A DNA stretch of 56,932 bases, counting the filler, from Circinaria calcarea (Eukaryota): assembly GCA_051942165.1 (NCBI GenBank). It is 7 parts of 7 records of this genome, joined end to end, with 100 filler letters (N's around TTAATTAATTAA, not from the genome) between each part and the next. Parts side by side here need not be neighbours in the genome. Positions count along the whole stretch, not along the records: positions 48,910 to 56,932 come from JAVECS010001187.1; 6 more parts are not named here. One strand, given 5' to 3'. Numbering within the stretch: position 1 is the first letter of the stretch; each line of letters starts with the position of its first letter. The translations under genes and the position numbers were made by a program. Positions 48,910 through 56,932 of the stretch are shown piece after piece. The notes beneath the pieces are model-generated. The model had not been told where the DNA came from. It saw only the letters and a list, made by a program, of their open reading frames with translations, and searched no databases.

Positions 48910-50062
48910 GAATTAAGCGACGACCCCCCCTGAGACTCGGGGTAAAAACCTCGCCTATGTTGGAAGTCCACAATAAGAGCATTTTCGTAGCATAGATAGT
49001 TTTACACACTTATATGCTAATCATACATGCTGCTCAACAGCCCCATAGCCTGTGCTTTCCGGACTCGGTTGCGTCGAAGGCGAAGAGTTAGAAGTACGCG
49101 GTGAATGGAATAATTTAATAAATATATGATTGAAAAATTTACAGCTGGGGAATTTATACAGTGTTAGAAAAATATATATTAAATACAGAGCCAAGCATAC
49201 TCTATGCCATGCCGAACTCTGTGCCGAACTTCTATACGCAGAAGTTCTGTACTACCCCATATTAACAATAGCGGTGGTTGCAGAGTTTTCCCCTTGGCTT
49301 CGCAGTTTACGAACCACACATGTTATATAGTATATCGACTAATGCGTACACACTGAATACCGTTTTCATGCATTGCCTAAGTCTCTTCCTGCCATGTATT
49401 CAACATGGTGGGGTTTCTTAATTAGACGTTGGTCCTATTAGGATTCAAGACTTACAGCTGGACAGAAGTTTACTCCCAACACCAGGGTCGGTAGATTCAC
49501 ATTGATGCGTGGGAGGGGACCTGAGATAATCCACGATTGTATACACAGAAGGTTGTAGTTCGATGAACGGGGGTACTTGTGGCCCCTGGCGATCAGACTC
49601 TCGGGCTGTTAAGCTTCTAATGTGTTTTCGCGTCTGCGCAGAGAAAGGGAGAGGGAAAGGGAGATTAGAAAGGTGGCGTGCATGGAACTAGCACCAATGG
49701 ATCTCGTCATCCCTACCAACGAACCACGCCCCTCCTCCCCTTACCTCGTCAGATCTCCGAACTCTACTGTGGAATGTTTACATATTCATATCCACGGCTA
49801 AGCAGCAGAGAATAACCCTCTCCTTCCTTCCCCGAAGTCCCCCTTTGAGATAAGAGAAGGTAGTCTAGTTCTCGGCCATAGGATTCGGGAGGCAGGAGGA
49901 GGGAAACGAGAACAGAGAGCCTGCAGGTTGGAGAAGAGGATTTAATGGCCCATCATCACCACCGACTGATTCTGACTCTGCCTCTGACTCTTAACTTCGA
50001 CACAACCTTGCCCTTCCCCCGCATGAAAGTATCGAGAGGAGGTAGGGTAGATAAGCCTTAAA

Positions 50063-50607
50063 TCACGTTGCCTCAATCTCATGGTATCTAAATCCTTCTT
50101 CCTCCCAGTTTCTCGTCAGGCAATCCAAGATACCTATAATATCTTTTGGGCTATCCACGCAATGAACGCAGCTCGAGATCCCACCCCAGAAATAGAACTT
50201 GTCGCCATCCTTGAAAAGGTATAAGGCATCGTCCGCCTGCCCGAGTATAGGAATAGGGTTGATGAATCGGGTTTCATAACCATAATCATTGAGCTCTTGT
50301 GCGTCTGGGACGGCGTCGAGCAGATCAGGATCGTTACACCAGTCCGAAGGGATCAGGCTCTCCGGCACGACCTTGTAAAATGCGCGGCCCTTGTAGTGCT
50401 GAATTTGAAGAGGATTCTGTTATCAGATATAGACGTTAGTACTATGAATATATATTGTTTGAGATGAGCGTACCATGGGACTTTTGCTCGTCGAAGCCGT
50501 AGTCAAGGCTTTCCCGTGAAACGATGTATTCTAAAGTATGTAGTTAGATACACTTAGAACGCACAGCTGTGAGGGTGGTAAAAAAGACTAACTCGGGTCG
50601 CGGCCAT
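50063..50607 (-). CDS. Small acidic protein (141 aa), putative SUKH/Smi1-Knr4-like immunity protein
   Basis: Exons 50607-50593, 50530-50474 and 50416-50063 with phase-0 GT-AG introns and CTAAC branch sites. Core sequence NPIPILGQADDALYLFKDGDKFYFWGGISSCVHCVDSPKDIIGILDCL. Gene model is well supported; the fold call is inference. Confidence 0.6.
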
Positions 50608-51187
50608 AGTCGTAACTCGAGGGTACTGAAATAGGATAGCTAGGACGTTTCGAAATTTAGGTACTACAGGTTTGTATGTCGACCGAAAAGCGAAGGATCG
50701 AACAAATCGACCGAGCATCGGTGAATTCTTCTCTCAGAATGAAGGACCAAGCTCTATTGGAGAACCGTCGTGTAGGAAGCAACGTAGGGTCGTCAGGTTA
50801 TGGCGTAAGGGCATGAGGGTTCGAGGTCAAGGAAAGGTAAAGGGGATAGCGGAGTTTCATAGCCTTCGGTGAGATGATTATGTTCTTTGGGTTTGGTCAT
50901 TTGAGTAGGCTCGGCAGAGTTTCATTCACGATACTTTGAATTACTGGCGCCTCAAATGAATTGATGGAAAATAAGTTGACCCGATCCGATGATCTCTATT
51001 CACTTTATACAATGCCTCGGTATAGCAATAGATCAATATTTAAGTTCATAGCATCCCCCAAAACTAAATATTCCTGTAGCAGTTAGAAAACTGCTTAAAG
51101 TACATGCAATCTCTATCTGTCTAGCCTAATAACGTAGGCTCCTCCAAAACCCTATCAATCCTCCGTCTACTACCATCAGCTAAGACC

Positions 51188-52321
51188 ATGGCATCCCCGA
51201 CCCTTGCTGGACGTATCATTAAACCGGCGCACCTCCTATTCGACATCAACCAAGGGCTATCCTTTAACAAAGCTGATGTGAGTTTTACCCGGGAGCCTAA
51301 GCCAAAGAATATCCTGCCAATGATTTTTGTAACCTTAAAGATACTAACACGAAGGGGGAACTAGATAGCAGCTTTCTTGAAGACCACGCCCGGAATTCTA
51401 AAAGCTAATGGACTGCAAGGGGATGAGCTCAAGTCACTACAGGATTGTGTTGATATATTACGTACGAACATGTAAGCTTCAGTAACAATCCCAGCTACTA
51501 TCACGGATCAATGCTGAGGTTCCACTAGCGAAAACGAAAAGGTAGTAGTTCCGAACCTTGACAAACCACCTGTGGCAAGTATTAAAGGGGTTCGAGTGCC
51601 CCTTTACTCTACTTCAGACATGCTAGCTCACATTCTTTCTACCACTGGGATTCCCGAGAAAAGGCAGGATCCGAGCGAACAAGCAACCATGGAAAACTAT
51701 TATGTCCCCTACCTCGCCATGTTCCATCAGTGGAACAATGTTATCTCCCCAAAATCAGTGTACCAGCCGTATATGGCCTCTATTCTGGTCTTTGGTACCG
51801 ATGGGTTATCGCCGCCTTTGATCTTAGGGTCCTCAAATTACAGGCAAAACGATCAAAAGAGTTTGCTCATAGAACGGGCACGAGCCGATCTGAAAATTGC
51901 AGGTTTGATTCCAAAACTAGAAACGAAGTCAACCATCCTGGCAGATAACTACGGAAACTGCGCCGAGACGACCCAATGGCTGATTATGAGGTAGGAATCT
52001 AAAATGCTGAAATGTAGCCATTTCTCCTTAAGCGCTATGCTAACGAATTTGCCTAGGAAACTTGGGCTTTCCAAGGCAGGAGTGAGTCGAGGAATTGCGT
52101 TGGAGAAAACCAAGGGGAACTCTGGTATGAAGACGTGGGACCCTAATAACGTTGCACAGCGGTTGCGCCATCCCTGCCTTGTCTGTGGACAATTGGCCTG
52201 CCAAGTCGGATTCGAAGAGAAGGATATCGAGAGTCATTTCGGAATTGCAGAAACTGCGCGAAAACTAAATCCTGATTGGAAACCCGGGAAAAGGCAGCAA
52301 AAGGGGCCGTTCCAAAAGTAA
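51188..52321 (+). CDS. Zinc-dependent deaminase-fold protein (CxE...PCxxC; YwqJ-like toxin deaminase type), 307 aa
   Basis: Exons 51188-51277, 51365-51471, 51529-51990 and 52057-52321 join in frame (924 nt). Motifs MASILVF, LILGSS, YGNCAET, SRGIAL, RHPCLVCGQL. Confidence 0.75.
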
Positions 52322-54827
52322 GAGGTAGGTATTTGGAAGCAGATTGTACTATAGTCTGGAATGTGTTACGATCCCATTGACTAGTACAGGAGAATGTTTT
52401 CATTGGGACTTTTTCAAAGACGGATAGACTACCTCTGTCACGGGAGTGCAGGCATGCAAAGAAATGTGATAGAATTCTTCCATTCTATCTAGCGCCTGTT
52501 GAAAGGTTCTTTTGAGACCTGCCTGCTCCTTCCTTCTTTCTTATATCAACCTCTGAGGTAGCCTTTTGGTGATGTATAGCTAACTCTACAGCTTTCCAAT
52601 TAAGCAGCCAAAAAAAAAGCAAATCCTATCAGCTCGCTGGTAGTCTCAAGTCGTTCTTGAAAACCCATGCTCAACGGTGGTTTGGCGGGGGCGGGTATTC
52701 TAGCAGCACGGGTAGAAGTCCTGACTGTGAAATCCATCTTCACATTAAGAATTTCAGTCCGTCCCAGCACCATGAGAATAGACGAGCGATACCAGTCCGA
52801 GCTGGAAACTGCTAGTGTATTTCCGATCATCCAATCGGAAAGTGTATGGAGGAGTTATTAACTTAGTTATGCAATTGTAGAACCGCAAAAGGGGGGGGGG
52901 AAGGGGGCGAGCGTAATGCGACCTCCTCAAGCTATGAGATCGGGATGCATTACCAGTCCAGAGTATCTCCAGACTGCATTAGCAGTGGAGTCCGGCTCAC
53001 CCTTTCGGGGTAATAGACCGCCAGTCCGCGCTTTTGGGTCCCAGTGCATTTGAGGCCCTCCAGTAGAGTGTGTAATTGATAGGGGGGCTACCAGCGGCGG
53101 GCTACCTGATGCTTACTAAAGAGCCGGGCAGGAGTCCTTCTCTGCGGACCCAATCCTGGATACTGCAAATAGGGTGGATAGAGCTGAGGGGGATTAATCC
53201 TCCTCTCTTTTTTTTCCATAGACTAGACTATTTCAACTCGCTATCGCCTTCCCAGAAAAAGCCAAGAAAGGCCCCATTCTTTGTCAGGAATATGCGTCCC
53301 GTAACAGGCGCGGAATGAGGCGATCAAACGCCCCCTCGGATGTTTGCCGACTTCATGTTTGTACATGTCTTTCTTCACTTTAGACGCCCGTAGTAGGCTC
53401 ACGGCAGTAGCGCTATTAAGAGTCATGGTTACCTTTCATAAAAGCTTCCCGTGGCGCTTTTTGCCGTAAAGCCCCCGTACGTACGGACCTCTTCCTCCCT
53501 CTTCCTCCCTCTTCTTGCCCTAGGTGCATGCCTTCTTCCCATTACAGAGAGAGCCCATTCCGTCTCCGCACATGGATTTCCTTGACGAGTTTAGAGGAAG
53601 AGAGAGAGAGAGAGAGGTCTTTGGACACTCAGGGTTCGGCTTTAATACCCACCCGTATTACAAGGCGTCCAATGAAATTATCGCCCTGGCAACAAAGTTC
53701 TGTGATATATCTCTTGGATAAGGAGAAAAATGTTATGCAATACGGGAATATCTTACCCCGTTCTGTCAGGTGTCCATCAGCACCGCCGTCCATGATGTGA
53801 TGTGGTGACATGCAGAGAATTAAACAACATCTCTAACCGACCAGGCAAGCCAGGGTAAAGGTACGGGCTTCCGATGAATAAGAAAAAGCGCCGGGTAGGG
53901 TCTGCCGGGTAGGGTGTGAGGTGTGAGGGTGTGATGAGACGGATCCGAAGTAGATGGGGGTGGAAGGGGTTTTCAATCCCATTGACGATACCTAGGGAAG
54001 AAACTTTCAAAGCTGAAGTCAACTGAATCAAGTAATCAAACAATCATCGTACAGAGATTATACTTTGGGAAGGGAAAGAGTTGAAGTGATTTGAGTTGGA
54101 TGATGAAATCCATTAAATGTCTATATACAGCTGATTTTCCTCCTCCTTCTTCTCCTCTAGACGGCCCTTCCTTTCTTTCCTCTTGCCAGATTGGATATAA
54201 GGAGCTAAAACTAATCCGCCCGAGTTGATAAACCGATAGTCGGATAGCTGTGATTCCTCCCGTTGTCCTGATGAATATCTTACACCACCCCCACGTCCGT
54301 CAGACATCTTTCTGGCAAGAAAAATTGAGAAAGGAAAGGCTGGAGTCGCAAAAGAGCGATTGTGGAGAATAAATATAACAAAGAAAAGATTCCAGAGACC
54401 CGGATTGGCTTGCTGGTAAACTCGCAAAGGAGCAAACAGTCTTTTCTTTGGTCGTAAATGGTAGCGAAAATTTGCCGTGAGGAGGTATTAGAAAATATGG
54501 TGAAGGAAAAGCAAACAACAACGCGAGGCCACTGCAAACAGTTCTATAGAGGGCCATAGGGGTATGAAGCAAGGTTATCAAACATCGAAAGCGTCGAAGA
54601 TAACACTAGGACGGGAATAAAACTGGCGCTGGTGTTAAATCCAACGTCGTAACGAGTGATGTGGGGTACCGCGGTGGTAATTATCCATACCAGACGGAAG
54701 TGGTTTCGGGTGAGACAAATTCTATACAAATTGCCATCTACTGCTGATATGGTGGCAGGCGGTGAGAGGCGCGTAGATGTTATACAATTGAGGGGGGGTT
54801 TTTTTTCTCTTCAAAAGTCGTGGTCGA

Positions 54828-56932
54828 TCATCGGTAGAGGGAACCTGCCGCAAAAATACTTGCAGCAGCGGAGGCTGCCCACTCGTTATCTTCATATGGC
54901 GGAGTCGGCCATGAGGTTGTATCGTTTTCCTTTGGTCGAGGCTTTGTGATGTTGAGCGGTGTGGCTGGTTCACCCATCAAGGAATTATTATAAACCACTC
55001 CGTTTCTCTTCTCTGATGGTGACGGGGTTGGATATGGATTGGTCATGGTATTGGTGTTGGTAGAATTTTGCGGCGGTCGACGATTGTTATCTTTACTTGC
55101 CAACACGTTGCGATGGCTGTTGGCATCAGGTTTGCTAACCCTATCTAGCCCCTTCACCGCGCGCTGCACACCATGAAGTGCTTCATCGAGAAGTTCGTCC
55201 TCCTCGTCTGGTGTTTCGTATCTATAAGCTGGATGGGTTGAAAGCTGTAGTGCACGACGTGTTCGACTAGATATGGGACCGGGACCTACATCTGGCGTTG
55301 AAAGATGTTCCATGGACAGAGATGCCGATGCCCGCGCGACCGAGTGGTTCCTCTTCAAGCCAGGGCTTGCCAAGGCCGTGGTAGAGCTCTGTCGTGTAAG
55401 TTGATTGGGATGACCTGAAGGTGCTGGCGAGGACGCTTCGAGGTTATAGCGCACGTTTTCCAAGGCTCTATCCAATTCAGTAAAATCGGTCTTCGGCCCG
55501 GCTTCTGCCATTGTGTGCTGATCCAAAGCCATCGACGACCTATTACTCGCCCAAGGTGCGCAGCCCGCATTGGCCTCGAGGTCCCCATATTTAGGAGAGA
55601 GTGGTGTTTGATGGCGTCCTGACAGTCGTCGTGCTCGCTTCCGCAAATGAGAGAAGAAGCTTTCCTTCTGCCCATTGGTAGGTGAAGCAAGGCCTCCATA
55701 AGCATTTAGTGTCCGTTCAGCTTCTTGTCGGTGTAAATCGGCATAATGGCTTCCATTCGATGCGACAGATAATTGCCGACCAATCTTCTTGGTATTCATA
55801 GTCTGACCGACAACATCACTTTCCAAGCTGCTGTTTGCCTGAGCAGTAATTGCGGCTGACAATGGTGAGATGGGTCGTATTGACGGAAGAATTGGCATTG
55901 GCGCACCAATTGAAGGCGTTGTACCGTTAGTCCATGTGGCTCTCTTATTTGCTTGGGGACGTGCTTTGGGCTCGATTGAGATTTCTGGAGCGACACTAGA
56001 ATGTATGGATGACACGCTAGGGGAAGTAATTTGGGTAGTGCTGTGATGCTGAGGAACGGCTGGAGCACTATCGCGCCCGATGAGAGATTTCCTGAACCAC
56101 GAAGCTTTTGACGTCAGTGGTGGAATTTCAACTGCCTCCTTTGAGGACCTAGTGTCATAAGCTGAATGCTTCCTTCCAAGTAACCGAGACGTCGATGGCT
56201 TTAGTCGCAAAGGATCGATAGCGTCCACGAAATACTCGTGATTCATTGCTTGTGTCGAAGTTGGTCGATTTTTCGGATCCCACATCAAACACCAGGTAAC
56301 AAAATTGCTCAACGCTACTGGCCATTGAGGAGGCTGAAGTATAGTTTCCATCGAGTGAGGAGCCATCTAGAGGAATCAGCGACCCATTCTCCGAAATGTA
56401 AATGTCAACATACCTTTGGGAAGGAGAATCCTAGTTTTTGAGCAAGTCGGGTCCCCTCTCTCCAATCACCACCTCCCACCTTGGCGCCAGATTTGTTATA
56501 CCAGTTACCAGGACTTCCCATGATCTCACAAACTCTCCATACCTGATCGACTTCGTTACCACCAGGGAAAAGGGGTTTGAGCGTGGCAATCTCCACCGCC
56601 ATGGCACCAAGGGCCCACATATCAACTGGTGCCGAATACTCTCCGGCGCGAAGCAGGACTTCAGGGGCTCTATACCAACGAGTCGAGACATACGTGGTAT
56701 ATGGCAGTCTAGATTGCGTTTCTCTGGCTAATCCGAAATCGGCAATTTTGATGGAATAAAGTGGTGGTGTAGATGGAGGTGTCATCAGGGTAGAATACCT
56801 TTTGAGTGATATGCCTGAGTCATAGGGTGCGGTCGTCGACACGAGGATATTTTCCGGCTTGATATCTCGATGGAAAAAGTTGTGGGCGTGAATGTGATCG
56901 AGTCCAGCGAGTATTTGGAAGAGTATGCTTTT
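54828..56932 (-). CDS. IME2: Ime2/ImeB-family CMGC Ser/Thr kinase, 5'-truncated
   Basis: FFHRDIKPENILV, IKIADFGLARE, PYTTYVSTRWYRAPE (TxY), LFPGGNEVDQV, intron 56367-56413, WDPKNRPT, long C-terminal tail ending WPTPPYE..EWA. Confidence 0.92.

Noticed and set aside
49400..49900. Possible third gene beside the deaminase pair (splice-like signals on the minus strand)
   Set aside because: No consistent open spliced frame or start codon could be built; at most a relic.
52900..53120. GC-rich segment with small hairpins suggesting a structured ncRNA
   Set aside because: No diagnostic snRNA, snoRNA, RNase P or SRP motifs could be assigned.

Overview
The window is seven unrelated ~8 kb contigs of a filamentous ascomycete (Pezizomycotina) genome. 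They are joined by artificial 100-bp spacers (44 N + TTAATTAATTAA + 44 N) and ordered by decreasing length (8079, 8066, 8056, 8043, 8041, 8024, 8023 bp), so gene neighbourhood is only meaningful within a contig. Genes carry short GT-AG introns, so the ORF track fragments them. Conserved genes: DBP8 helicase, FHA-forkhead factor, RING protein, HSL-type hydrolase, SDR, C2H2 factor, tubulin cofactor C, NDUFA11, UBP2, CHL4/CENP-N, metR/cys-3 and IME2 kinase. The best candidate for an undescribed system is on the last contig: an intron-containing CxE/PCxxC zinc deaminase-fold gene head-to-head with a small acidic SUKH-like gene, resembling a fungal toxin-immunity pair. Other accessory content: a patatin-NB-ARC-TPR NLR with near-identical 126-bp repeats, a coiled-coil/LMW-PTP-like/KH fusion, an apparently inactive poly(A) polymerase-like protein, a MITE-like element and an 80-bp B-box-containing repeat found on two contigs. 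All family calls come from motif recognition by eye; no database searches were run.
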